A model generated the notes under the pieces. The model was given only the letters and a program-made list of their open reading frames with translations. It did not search any database and had not been told where the DNA came from. Shown piece by piece: positions 39,017 through 48,049 of a DNA stretch of 64,000 bases (position 1 is its first letter; every line of letters begins with the position of its first letter). The position numbers and the translations under genes are program-made. Source of the stretch: Nitrospiraceae bacterium (GTDB lineage: Bacteria > Nitrospirota > Thermodesulfovibrionia > UBA6902); contig CP070632.1 of the NCBI GenBank assembly GCA_020356065.1, positions 265,284-329,283 of the forward strand. Reading direction: 5' to 3'.

Positions 39017-39910
39017 TCAGACAATTCTTCTGCTAATCACCGGTTCAAGAGATGATATGATGCGGCCATTATCAAATATCGTTACCCTGCCGGTGCTCTC
39101 TGAAACAACAACCGCAACCGCCTCTGTCTTCCGGGTCATTCCTGCAGCAGCCCTGTGACGGGATCCCAGTCCCCTGAGCTGCCTGGTAACTGCGCCTGCA
39201 GCGTCAAGGTGCCTTCCGGCAGCCTCGATCACCCCGGTGTCCGAAATTATAATCGCCCCGTCAAGCTGTGCAAACTCCTTTATGCTCTCAACGACTTCGG
39301 AACGAGTGATGATTCTTTCTTTTTTTGGATAACCCTTAAATGGATTAAATACAGCCTGGTGAGATGACTTAAGCACCTCTTCGGTATCCCCTATAATAAA
39401 TGTAGTTCCTATTGACTTCCCTTCTCTGCCCAGTGCACCTATATCAAGGGCAATATCTACCACAGCCATGACCGCATTCAGTGCCCGCTTTGATATGAGA
39501 AGACGCGGATCAAAAGGAAACTCTTCACTCCACGAAAGTGCGAGGTCATGGACCGTGACGGTATCGAGATGCCCCTTCCCCCATGGGCCCAGCACACATA
39601 CAACCCTGCTGTCAGGTTTTATCAGTCCCTGCATCACACCATGGAAAAAAGCATACTTTATCTGAGAGAACCTCGTCTGATTGCCTGACCAGCTTCTGAT
39701 TGCAGTAACTCCCGCTTTCTTAAGTTCAATGTCCCTTATACCTAATGTATGGGGGATTACAATGATAACGTTGTCATCTTTATACATGCCCGATTTTAAA
39801 AACCACCGGCATATCCGGGTGGTATTAAGAAAAAGAAAAATGCAGTTACTCTCTGTTTTCTCTGAAATATCAAGGGCGGATTCTATTATTACGCTTTTCT
39901 GATCTTTCAT
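39017..39910 (-). CDS. Diadenylate cyclase (DAC domain) with a roughly 130-aa non-membrane N-terminal domain.
   Basis: C-terminal half LDGAIIIS...GLGSRHRAAAGMTRKTEAVAVVVSESTGRVTIF, the DAC/DisA_N signature. No TM segments (unlike CdaA), and the DAC domain is C-terminal (unlike DisA). Confidence 0.65.
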   Translation of the reverse strand: MKDQKSVIIESALDISEKTESNCIFLFLNTTRICRWFLKSGMYKDDNVIIVIPHTLGIRDIELKKAGVTAIRSWSGNQTRFSQIKYAFFHGVMQGLIKPDSRVVCVLGPWGKGHLDTVTVHDLALSWSEEFPFDPRLLISKRALNAVMAVVDIALDIGALGREGKSIGTTFIIGDTEEVLKSSHQAVFNPFKGYPKKERIITRSEVVESIKEFAQLDGAIIISDTGVIEAAGRHLDAAGAVTRQLRGLGSRHRAAAGMTRKTEAVAVVVSESTGRVTIFDNGRIISSLEPVISRRIV

Positions 39911-39958
39911 ATATTAGCCAAAACGATTCTCGTTACCATCATTCATTATTTTTATTTC

Positions 39959-39978
39959 ATACTTCTTACTTCTCACTT
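39959..39978. repeat. Copy 2 of the 20-mer ATACTTCTTACTTCTCACTT, upstream of the DAC gene.
   Basis: See 13954-13973. It has the same orientation relative to a downstream minus-strand gene. Confidence 0.5.
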
Positions 39979-40418
39979 TTGAGTTCTGACTTATCTTTTA
40001 CCCATGGAACATGCTAAATACATACAGTGAAACCAGATAAACAACAAATACCAGAACAAGCACAGCAGGAATTGATGCTAATGCCAGTTTCAGCATGAAT
40101 GACATCATGGCGCCAACCGGCATTCGAATGTCTGTCACAATAACTTCTTTACTTACCTCGTTTTCCATTATTCCCCCTCCCGATACAATTTGAATGCATA
40201 TTACAAATATTAATTGCATTCGATTTTAAGTCGGAAAATAAGTATATCAGAAAAGAAATGAAACTACTGATTATTGATTAATTGAGCGTGCATTCCCCAT
40301 GTTAACACTTAAATTATCTTCCTTTAAATGGCAACATACATTCATCACGTGCTTTCCTCTTTTCCATGAGGAGGAAAGCGGCTGTACTACTTTTATACTC
40401 TTCATATCATATACACTC

Positions 40419-40775
40419 CTAACGCCGGTATCCCCGTCTCGGTGAACTCCTGTAGCCTCTTCCATAGAACGTGCTGGTGTTTCTGTATCCATACCTGTGT
40501 GGTCTCGTATACTTGTATCCCCTGTACTCACCGGAATAGGGTTTAATATATCCGTATCCGTAATAGGGTTTACTATAACCGTAGTAGCCGCCAAAGCCAT
40601 TTAGATAGAATCCAAATCCTGAATAGCCATTACCAATTACTACATTGAATACTGGAGGGCCGTAGAATCCGGCATACACTGAGTAGCCAGTGTTTCGATA
40701 ATAGTCACCGGCATAAGATACGGATGTAAGCGCCAGGTTCGATATGACTGCTAATCCAATAAGAATTTTCTTCAT
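40419..40775 (-). CDS. Secreted Gly/Tyr-rich low-complexity protein.
   Basis: 118 aa. Signal peptide MKKILIGLAVISNLALTSVSYA, then GY/YGY repeats (GYSGFGFYLNGFGGYYGYSKPYYGYGYIKPY...). Confidence 0.45.
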   Translation of the reverse strand: MKKILIGLAVISNLALTSVSYAGDYYRNTGYSVYAGFYGPPVFNVVIGNGYSGFGFYLNGFGGYYGYSKPYYGYGYIKPYSGEYRGYKYTRPHRYGYRNTSTFYGRGYRSSPRRGYRR

Positions 40776-41183
40776 ATCGCTCCTCCTCTCTTCTGACTAT
40801 ATTTTTCTCCTAAAATGTGAACATAATATGAATGTTTCAGGCCTGAGAACAGATTGAAGCCACTTGTATCATAAGATAGACATATGTACTAATAATAACG
40901 GTAAATTGATAATATGGCACATGACAGTCACACTTCTGGGGAATTTGATACCGTGGTAAAATCGGTTACATATCTGATATTGTATATACTCCCGGCTGTT
41001 GTATTGATGCTGGGATGCGGGAATCTGTACCTTGCTCCTGAACCGGGTAACAGAATTGGCCTCACTCTATTTGACGTGTTTCAGAACTGGCAGGACAGGC
41101 CTGATATCACTCAGCAATATTCTCATTCATACCTTACGGTATAAAGCGGATTGCAAATGCCTTCAGGCAGTTAGGCATCCCTC

Positions 41184-41930
41184 TTAATAAAACCTCTTCT
41201 GTCTTGATATTTTGCCGACTATCCACCCCACAAAAAATACACCTCCGCCGGCACCGAACCACCATATCATCTGTGAATGCTTAAGCTCATCATTCTCTTT
41301 CTGGAGTTGTTCAGTCTTAGTCTGTAATTCGATGTTTGACGCCTTAATATTGTCACGCTCATTCACAAGAAGAACAACATCTTTCGCACTATTAAGCAAA
41401 GCGTTATATTTTTCGCTCACATCTTTAAGATCTCTGGAAGTCTGTTCCGCCTTTCCCTGGCTTTCGGACGCGTTCTGCTGGAGATCCCGAATTTTACTGT
41501 TATGGTCTGATCTGGCTGTTTTGAGTTCATCTTGAAGTGATTCCTTATCTTTTTTGTACTGTTCGATCTTTGTGTTCAACCGGGCAATCTCTTTTTCCAG
41601 GCCCGCTATTATTACAGGTTTTGGTGTTTCCCGGGTTATATATTGTTTAAGTACCCAACCCTCGCTTCCACTTTCGGTTCTTACTTTCAGGTAATGTTCG
41701 CTTTCTTCGATAATCTCAAGAGGGGTACCTGCCTTAAGCGTTTTAATAATCTTGTATTCATTGCCCTTGCCTTCCCGCAACGTAATAATCAGTTGATCAG
41801 ACACATATTGTGTATCGGCGCAGACAATGCCAATTGAGACTGTAATAGGAAGAATCATCAATGAAAAGATGATTTCTTTAAACCGTATGATCCGATTGAT
41901 TCTCATATCAACCCTCCAATAAAAATGCAA
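41184..41930 (-). CDS. SH3b-coiled-coil-C-terminal-TM protein (TIGR04211-like).
   Basis: 248 aa. Signal/TM, bacterial SH3 region (YVSDQLIITLREGKGNEYKIIKTLKAGTPLEII...GWVLKQYI), long coiled coil and a terminal TM helix. Confidence 0.55.
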   Translation of the reverse strand: MHFYWRVDMRINRIIRFKEIIFSLMILPITVSIGIVCADTQYVSDQLIITLREGKGNEYKIIKTLKAGTPLEIIEESEHYLKVRTESGSEGWVLKQYITRETPKPVIIAGLEKEIARLNTKIEQYKKDKESLQDELKTARSDHNSKIRDLQQNASESQGKAEQTSRDLKDVSEKYNALLNSAKDVVLLVNERDNIKASNIELQTKTEQLQKENDELKHSQMIWWFGAGGGVFFVGWIVGKISRQKRFY

Positions 41931-42086
41931 CGCAAGACTGCTATAAAGCAGAAAAAATGATGATATTGATTATATATGATATTTCATAAATATCTCTGGT
42001 GTCATCCATGACAACTGTAGGAAAGCGGTAATATATGTGATACCATGTGATATATAATCGTTCAATATGCTTCTATAGGGTAAGAC

Positions 42087-42779
42087 ATGTCACACGGGAA
42101 CAAAGAAACGCATTACAGACATATATCAAAAAGCAGGCAATGGGCAAAAAATCAGCAGCTCTCTCATTCTGAACCATCAAAACCAAAACTCGAAATAGTC
42201 CTCAAATGCGATTCAGCAGGCAGTCTTGAGGCGGTTACACAAAGCATCCTGAAGATCGATCAGCCCGCAGTTGATATATCGATTATTCACGGAGAAATCG
42301 GCAATATCCATAAGTCAGACATTCTCATGGCCGACACCGGCAGTGGACTGATCATCGGCTTTCAGGTCGGAATGGAGCCCGGCTTCAGAAGTGAACTGAA
42401 GGCAGCAGGTATAGACGTTCGGCTTTATGATGTGATCTATAATCTAACGGAAGACATAAAAAACCTGGCTGAGAACATGGTCCCCCATTTTGTTGAAGAA
42501 AATATCATTGGCTCAGCCGTAGTGATAGCCCTTTTTAAAAGCGGCCGGAAAGATATAATTGCCGGATGTAAGATTACAAGCGGCTCTCTGGCACTCCACC
42601 AGCGTTACAGAATTATTTCCGCCATGGGCCCTGTTCATTCCGGGACCATAGAGTCAATGCACATTGAAGATCATACAGTGCAAAAAGCGATTAAGGGACA
42701 GGAAGTCGGTATAAAAATAAGAAATTTCAAGAATGTTAAGGTGGGTGATCTTCTGGAAACTTTCAAACCAGGAAAATAA
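42087..42779 (+). CDS. Stand-alone paralog of the translation initiation factor IF-2 C-terminal region (C1 plus C2 beta-barrel), with no G domain.
   Basis: 230 aa. LEIVLKCDSAGSLEAV...IIHGEIGNIHKSDILMADTGSGLIIGFQV...YDVIYNL.ED...IIGSAVV...AGCKITSGSL...VGDLLETF parallels the IF2 domain order block for block. Confidence 0.55.
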   Translation: MSHGNKETHYRHISKSRQWAKNQQLSHSEPSKPKLEIVLKCDSAGSLEAVTQSILKIDQPAVDISIIHGEIGNIHKSDILMADTGSGLIIGFQVGMEPGFRSELKAAGIDVRLYDVIYNLTEDIKNLAENMVPHFVEENIIGSAVVIALFKSGRKDIIAGCKITSGSLALHQRYRIISAMGPVHSGTIESMHIEDHTVQKAIKGQEVGIKIRNFKNVKVGDLLETFKPGK

Positions 42780-42827
42780 TCATATCGTCGGGGTATGTTT
42801 CAACATGCCCCGACTTCTGCAAATCCC

Positions 42828-42866
42828 TTACAAAATTGTATGAAAATTTTGTTACTTATCATACCT
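42828..42866. promoter_or_regulatory. Dyad/UAS-like motif TTACAAAATTGTA...CTTATCATAC.
   Basis: The TACA-N4-TGTA dyad recurs at 44683, 47740/47752 and 49428/49446. Here it is about 55-90 bp upstream of a sigma-54-type promoter. Confidence 0.5.
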
Positions 42867-42918
42867 TAGCGTCTCTCCTGATAAATACTGATACCTTAAA
42901 AACCAGCTGCTTATAACA

Positions 42919-42934
42919 TGGCAACGTTTTCGCT
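42919..42934 (+). promoter_or_regulatory. Sigma-54-type promoter (TGGCAA-N5-TCGCT) for the 43008 gene.
   Basis: The GG and GC dinucleotides are exactly 12 nt apart, as in the -24/-12 consensus TGGCAC-N5-TTGCW. Confidence 0.5.
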
Positions 42935-43007
42935 AAGAAGTACAGTATAATTAAACGTTCAACATGAAATTAACCTAATACGTCATTTCAATAAACTGAA
43001 ACTTCAG

Positions 43008-44501
43008 ATGAAAAAGACACATTCACATCAGGAACTTTACCATGAGATTTTCGGGTCCATCCTCGACCGGACTGAAATGAATCCATATCTTTTACTCCAC
43101 ATCAGCAATTACAGGTCGGCACTTAAACAGGCAACTAAAATGATGGGCAACAGAGGATTTGACATGTACGGAGGCGAGGAGCTTGTGGAACGGGAAAAAA
43201 AGCGGGCCGCGAAATATATTGACAATGCTTATCGATACTGCTTTGTTCATATGTTTCCTTTTTTAAAGGAACAGCTTGCCAGACTCATGGACATTAAATC
43301 AACAAAATACAGCCAATATGAGCAGTGTCTTAGGGCAATAAAGACTATAGAGAAAATATTACATGATGAGAACTTTAAGAGAATCATGGAAGCAGATCCT
43401 CGTCACCTTCTTCTTCTTGCTTCATCAAAAAAATATCCGTACGTCTTTTCTGGTTATAAAGATGAGGGATTGACTGTCCCGGCGGAATGGCAGCAAATGG
43501 CATGCGCACTTCTCAAGGTAGCATATCTCATTAAATCAATCGAGGAAGACAGCCAGGACATTAATGATTATGCCCAGCTGGGACTGTTTCTGGAACTTGA
43601 GGGGCAGAGCCTTCATGATCTGTATAACTATGACTGGGCCAACCCGGCACACGTACCTGACAGTGATGCTGCAAAAAGGGCCTTTGTGAAGATCGCAACA
43701 TTCTTTCTTAAGCTCAAGGAATCTGTCAGATCAGTTGCAAATGGGAACTTTTTTATTTTTGACAGTGGTGACGGTGTTGAGATAGATATAATGGAAATTA
43801 AGTCCAGGTTAAAAAGCCCCGCTAGTATGTCGACAAAACTAGGCAAAGACGTTGAAGGTGAAGCCCATAATATACGCGATATTCTGGCTATAACTTTTAT
43901 AATAAGAAATATTGATGATACACTAAAGCTCATTCATGCCCTTCAGAAAAGAGGAGTAATACTGCAGGAAAACACCCTTTCGTCATCTCTGACCCAGACG
44001 CTTTTCGCCAACCCGGAAAGCATGTCACGGGCAGTAAAAAACCTTATCATTAGCCTATCGAAAAGCGAAGGAATGGACCATCCAGTTACTGACAGGGACT
44101 TACAGTTCAATACGCATGCATTTTATAAAGCCCTCAGCATGAATGCTGCTAAAAACCCGTATACAGCTGCAGGACATAAAAAATTACAGTGCAAAATCAA
44201 CTTTTCCGTTCCCATTCATCGTTCTTCTGTTACAAATGAAATTATGATTCCAGGCACCGCGGCTTATAAAGAAAGGGGCTTCCGGAAGATCATGACCGAA
44301 CAGCATTCACTTGCACTGGAGCTTCGCATATCAGATGAACAGAGCTGGATGGATTCAGAATATAAGCAGGACTCTCACCATGATGCATATAAATTCCGGC
44401 AGATGGTTTCGGTCATGAACAGGGTATTCAAGAAGAACTTCCAGTTCCCGGAATCAGATTTTAATGCTTTGAGAGAAGATCAGAAGAAACTCTTTTCATA
44501 A
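43008..44501 (+). CDS. Hypothetical 497-aa cytoplasmic protein of unknown function.
   Basis: Intact ORF with no recognisable motif. Embedded in the nitrogen cluster behind a sigma-54-type promoter plus dyad motif. Confidence 0.5.
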   Translation: MKKTHSHQELYHEIFGSILDRTEMNPYLLLHISNYRSALKQATKMMGNRGFDMYGGEELVEREKKRAAKYIDNAYRYCFVHMFPFLKEQLARLMDIKSTKYSQYEQCLRAIKTIEKILHDENFKRIMEADPRHLLLLASSKKYPYVFSGYKDEGLTVPAEWQQMACALLKVAYLIKSIEEDSQDINDYAQLGLFLELEGQSLHDLYNYDWANPAHVPDSDAAKRAFVKIATFFLKLKESVRSVANGNFFIFDSGDGVEIDIMEIKSRLKSPASMSTKLGKDVEGEAHNIRDILAITFIIRNIDDTLKLIHALQKRGVILQENTLSSSLTQTLFANPESMSRAVKNLIISLSKSEGMDHPVTDRDLQFNTHAFYKALSMNAAKNPYTAAGHKKLQCKINFSVPIHRSSVTNEIMIPGTAAYKERGFRKIMTEQHSLALELRISDEQSWMDSEYKQDSHHDAYKFRQMVSVMNRVFKKNFQFPESDFNALREDQKKLFS

Positions 44502-44682
44502 TATCAGCGTATCGGGTTCCATTATCAGTTAATCCACCCCCCTGTAATAATGAGTTAACGCATGGCGCCGGAGATCGCGTCTTCTGCAGATTGGGCAGAA
44601 TATTATGGAGGTTGGACCTCCATATACGAAGGGCATGGTGCAACTTGTCCCTCCAACCTTCAGTTCACGTTCAATTTCGTAT

Positions 44683-44710
44683 TACAATTTTGTAGCTTAT
44701 CATACTTTAT
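44683..44710. promoter_or_regulatory. Dyad/UAS-like motif TTACAATTTTGTAGCTTATCATAC.
   Basis: Shares TACA-N4-TGTA and the CTTATCATAC tail with the 42828 site. Lies about 50 bp upstream of a sigma-54-type promoter. Confidence 0.5.
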
Positions 44711-44758
44711 TGTATATTAAATAACTCCTGATACATTAAATATCAATTAGTTACGAAT

Positions 44759-44774
44759 TGGCATGCTTTTCGCA
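44759..44774 (+). promoter_or_regulatory. Sigma-54-type promoter (TGGCAT-N5-TCGCA) for the HTH-porin-amt-glnK unit.
   Basis: GG/GC spacing of 12 nt. Lies 40 nt upstream of the HTH mini-ORF. Confidence 0.5.
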
Positions 44775-44815
44775 AATAATCCTCCCATGAGTTCATTGAA
44801 GGAAAAGATAAAGTT

Positions 44816-44971
44816 ATGGAAAAGGAAGAAATAATACTTGCCCTCATGGAATGTGACGGTGTCCAGGCAAGGGCCGCAAGAAAACTTGGTATTACTGAAC
44901 GCATGATCGGCTACAAGATCAGGAAATACAATATTGATTTAAGGGAGGTGGTGAAAGACAGCAAACAGTAG
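44816..44971 (+). CDS. Stand-alone Fis-type (HTH_8) mini-protein, 51 aa.
   Basis: MEKEEIILALMECDGVQARAARKLGITERMIGYKIRKYNIDL, the NtrC/Fis C-terminal HTH pattern AA..LGI.R..L..K. RBS GGAAAAG lies 9 nt upstream. Paralogous to 47879-48049. Confidence 0.5.
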   Translation: MEKEEIILALMECDGVQARAARKLGITERMIGYKIRKYNIDLREVVKDSKQ

Positions 44972-45040
44972 ACAGGAGTTAGCAGTTAGAAGTTACTAAA
45001 CAGAATAACAAACCCAATAAAAAAGGAGATAAGAAAGAAA

Positions 45041-45763
45041 ATGATGATGAAAGCAGGTTTGATACTATGTTTTATGTTTGTCCTGGTGTCGGTTTCAGCA
45101 CTCAATGCAAATGCATCAGAAACTTCGGGTGAGGCATCCATCGGCATATACAACAGTTATATGTGGAGAGGATTCGAACTGCATGAGGATGTAGCCATAC
45201 AGCCTTCAGTCGGGATTACCTATGGCGCATTTGGAGCTAACCTTTGGTCTGATTACAACGCTGATAGCAAAGAAGCTGTAGAAACGGACCTCACATTAAA
45301 CTATACCCACTCAATAGATAAGATAGGGCTTGACATTGGGTATATATATTACGGGCTGGATGGGGCAACTGATACTCAGGAGATTTACTTCGCAGTCAGT
45401 TACGACACACTGTTAAGTCCATCACTGACATTGTACTATGACTTCGATGAGGGAGACGGGGCCTTTATCGTTGCATCGGTTGGACATGATATACCAATCA
45501 ATCAAGATATAGCTGTAAGCCTCGGAGCCTCCATCAGCTATAACGCAGAAAGTAAATATGCTATTGGAGATTACAGTGCACTGCATAATGGTGAAATTTC
45601 AGTTTCTACAAGTATTCCTGTATACAAAGTGATATCGATCTCTCCCATAATTGCATACTCTTTCACATTAAGTGATGATGCCAAGGACGCGGTGCAAAGT
45701 CTCAATGCAGACGGTGACAACAACTTCTTTTACGGGGGCGCCAGCGCATCTGTAAGCTTCTAA
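45041..45763 (+). CDS. Gcw_chp-type predicted outer-membrane beta-barrel protein.
   Basis: 240 aa. Signal peptide, alternating hydrophobic beta-strand pattern and C-terminal ...SVSF aromatic terminus. About 240-aa porin-like proteins are known to accompany amt/glnK. Confidence 0.55.
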   Translation: MMMKAGLILCFMFVLVSVSALNANASETSGEASIGIYNSYMWRGFELHEDVAIQPSVGITYGAFGANLWSDYNADSKEAVETDLTLNYTHSIDKIGLDIGYIYYGLDGATDTQEIYFAVSYDTLLSPSLTLYYDFDEGDGAFIVASVGHDIPINQDIAVSLGASISYNAESKYAIGDYSALHNGEISVSTSIPVYKVISISPIIAYSFTLSDDAKDAVQSLNADGDNNFFYGGASASVSF

Positions 45764-45787
45764 CATCTATGAACAGGAGGAATAAAA

Positions 45788-47119
45788 ATGATACGATTTA
45801 CAGCAATATTAACCTTAATATTTACCCTGTCAGTACCATTTATGGTATTTGCAGAAGAGGCAGCACCTGCAGGTCCATCTCTCGGATTGACGATCAGCAA
45901 TGTCTGGATGATGGTTGCAACCTTTCTGGTGTTTATCATGCACCTTGGATTTGCTTCACTTGAGGCAGGCCTGACACGCTCTAAAAACACCGTAAACATA
46001 CTTTTTAAAAACACGCTGATACCGGCTATCGGCCTTTTGACCTATGCATGGTTCGGGTTTAACCTGATGTATCCCGGAACATTCAACGGAATACTGGGTT
46101 TCGCCGGATTCGGTCTCCCCTTCCCCACAGTTGGAGGGGCACTTGACCTTTCATATAATGAAGGCTATACCTACTGGACAGACTTTCTGTTTCAGGGGAT
46201 GTTTGCTGCAACCGCTGCTACCATAGTATCCGGTGCAGTTGCAGAGAGGATCAAGCTTAATTCCTTTCTGGTTTTTTCAGCCGTGTTTGTAGGCCTTGTC
46301 TATCCCATTCTCGGTTCCTGGAAATGGGGCGGTGGATGGCTTGACAGCATGGGATTCTATGATTTTGCTGGCTCAACCCTTGTCCACTCAGTAGGTGGCT
46401 GGGGAGCTCTCATCGGCGCCATTATGCTGGGTGCAAGAAAAGGCAAATATGTTGACGGCAAGATCAAACCCATACCAGGTCACAGTATGCCGCTTGCAAC
46501 AATCGGTGTATTCCTTCTCTGGCTGGGCTGGTTCGGATTTAACGGTGGTTCAGTATTAAGCGCTGATCCTGCACTTGTCTCACTAACGCTGGTGACAACC
46601 TGTATTGCTGCAGCAGCCGGCATAATAGGTGCCATGCTGACTACGTGGACTATATCCAAAAAACCTGATCTCTCAATGGTACTTAACGGCTGCCTTGCCG
46701 GACTGGTCGGGATAACTGCAGGTGCTGATCAGATGGGACTGGGTTCGTCATTCTGGATCGGCCTGATTGCCGGTGGTCTGGTTGTTGTGTCGGTCATGAT
46801 GATTGACAAAATGAAAGTTGATGATCCTGTCGGAGCTGTGCCTGTCCACCTTGTCTGCGGCATATGGGGCACCCTTGCAGTAGGTATATTCGGTGCAATG
46901 GCAGGCATGAAGCAGTTCGGTATTCAGCTGCTGGGAGTTGGAGTTTACGGAATTACCACAGCACTTGCAACACTGATCATCTTCTCAATGGTCAAGGCAA
47001 CAATGGGTCTGCGTGTATCAGAAGAAGAGGAAGTGGAAGGTCTTGACCTTGGTGAGCACGGCCTGGAGGCATATCCTGATCTTGCATTACAGCCTGGTGC
47101 CAAGAGCAGTGCTTTATAA
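45788..47119 (+). CDS. amt: Ammonium transporter (copy 1).
   Basis: 443 aa. Signal peptide, 11 TM, Amt signatures DFAGSTLVH, GAIMLGAR, WFGFNGGS. Confidence 0.9.
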   Translation: MIRFTAILTLIFTLSVPFMVFAEEAAPAGPSLGLTISNVWMMVATFLVFIMHLGFASLEAGLTRSKNTVNILFKNTLIPAIGLLTYAWFGFNLMYPGTFNGILGFAGFGLPFPTVGGALDLSYNEGYTYWTDFLFQGMFAATAATIVSGAVAERIKLNSFLVFSAVFVGLVYPILGSWKWGGGWLDSMGFYDFAGSTLVHSVGGWGALIGAIMLGARKGKYVDGKIKPIPGHSMPLATIGVFLLWLGWFGFNGGSVLSADPALVSLTLVTTCIAAAAGIIGAMLTTWTISKKPDLSMVLNGCLAGLVGITAGADQMGLGSSFWIGLIAGGLVVVSVMMIDKMKVDDPVGAVPVHLVCGIWGTLAVGIFGAMAGMKQFGIQLLGVGVYGITTALATLIIFSMVKATMGLRVSEEEEVEGLDLGEHGLEAYPDLALQPGAKSSAL

Positions 47120-47161
47120 ACTTAAGTCCCCGAACGAATTGGACGGGATATCTAACTAATC

Positions 47162-47273
47162 CTCCCCCTTGACGGGGGAGGTCGGAATCGACTCGTACCG
47201 AGAATAAGGTGGGGGGTGAATGATTGATTTGCCCCCCTCACCCTCACCCTCTCCCGATTGGGGAGAGGGGATA
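47162..47273 (+). other. Two GC-rich hairpins in the amt1-glnK1 spacer.
   Basis: CCTCCCCC-ttgac-GGGGGAGG and CCCTCTCCC-gattg-GGGAGAGGG plus a (CCCTCA)2 tract. Neither is followed by a U-tract. Confidence 0.45.
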
Positions 47274-47276
47274 TAA

Positions 47277-47630
<354 letters not shown>

Positions 47631-47737
47631 TCACAGGAGAGTAATGCACACCGTTAACCTTGTATCCATGCTGGACCCCTGCGGCTTAGTAAGGGTCCAG
47701 CATGAATCTTGATACATTGATTAAAAAACAGATCGCA

Positions 47738-47785
47738 ATACAAAAATGTATTACATTTATGTAGCACAAAGCAACATAAATGTAA
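47738..47785. promoter_or_regulatory. Cluster of TACA-N4/5-TGTA-type dyads (ATACAAAAATGTAT, TTACATTTATGTAG, ACATAAATGTAA).
   Basis: Same dyad family as 42828, 44683 and 49428. Lies 45-90 bp upstream of the sigma-54-type promoter at 47829. Confidence 0.45.
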
Positions 47786-47828
47786 TTCTTTCAAGCTTCA
47801 TCTTCATAACTTTCATAATTTTATAAGC

Positions 47829-47844
47829 TGGCACGGTTTTAGCG
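47829..47844 (+). promoter_or_regulatory. Sigma-54-type promoter (TGGCAC-N5-TAGCG) for the HTH-amt2 unit.
   Basis: TGGCACGGTTTTAGCG, with GG/GC spacing of 12 nt. Confidence 0.5.
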
Positions 47845-47878
47845 TTGTCTTTGTATAAATAAGATGGTTTCATTGAAA

Positions 47879-48049
47879 ATGAGAGTAGAGACATACGAAA
47901 AAGACATCATCACAAAAACGCTCAAAGAATGTAATCATGTAAAGGCGCAGGCCGCCAAGAAACTGGGCATTACCGAAAGAATGATCGGTTACAAAATAAA
48001 AAAAAACATTAAAGTCCTGAAAGGAGATATTGAAAGTAATGATTATTAA
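47879..48049 (+). CDS. Stand-alone Fis-type HTH mini-protein, copy 2 (start MRVETYEK; the called ORF starts at 47864).
   Basis: ...LKECNHVKAQAAKKLGITERMIGYKIKKNIKVL, about 60% identical to the 44816 mini-protein over the HTH. Its stop overlaps the amt2 start. Confidence 0.5.
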   Translation: MRVETYEKDIITKTLKECNHVKAQAAKKLGITERMIGYKIKKNIKVLKGDIESNDY

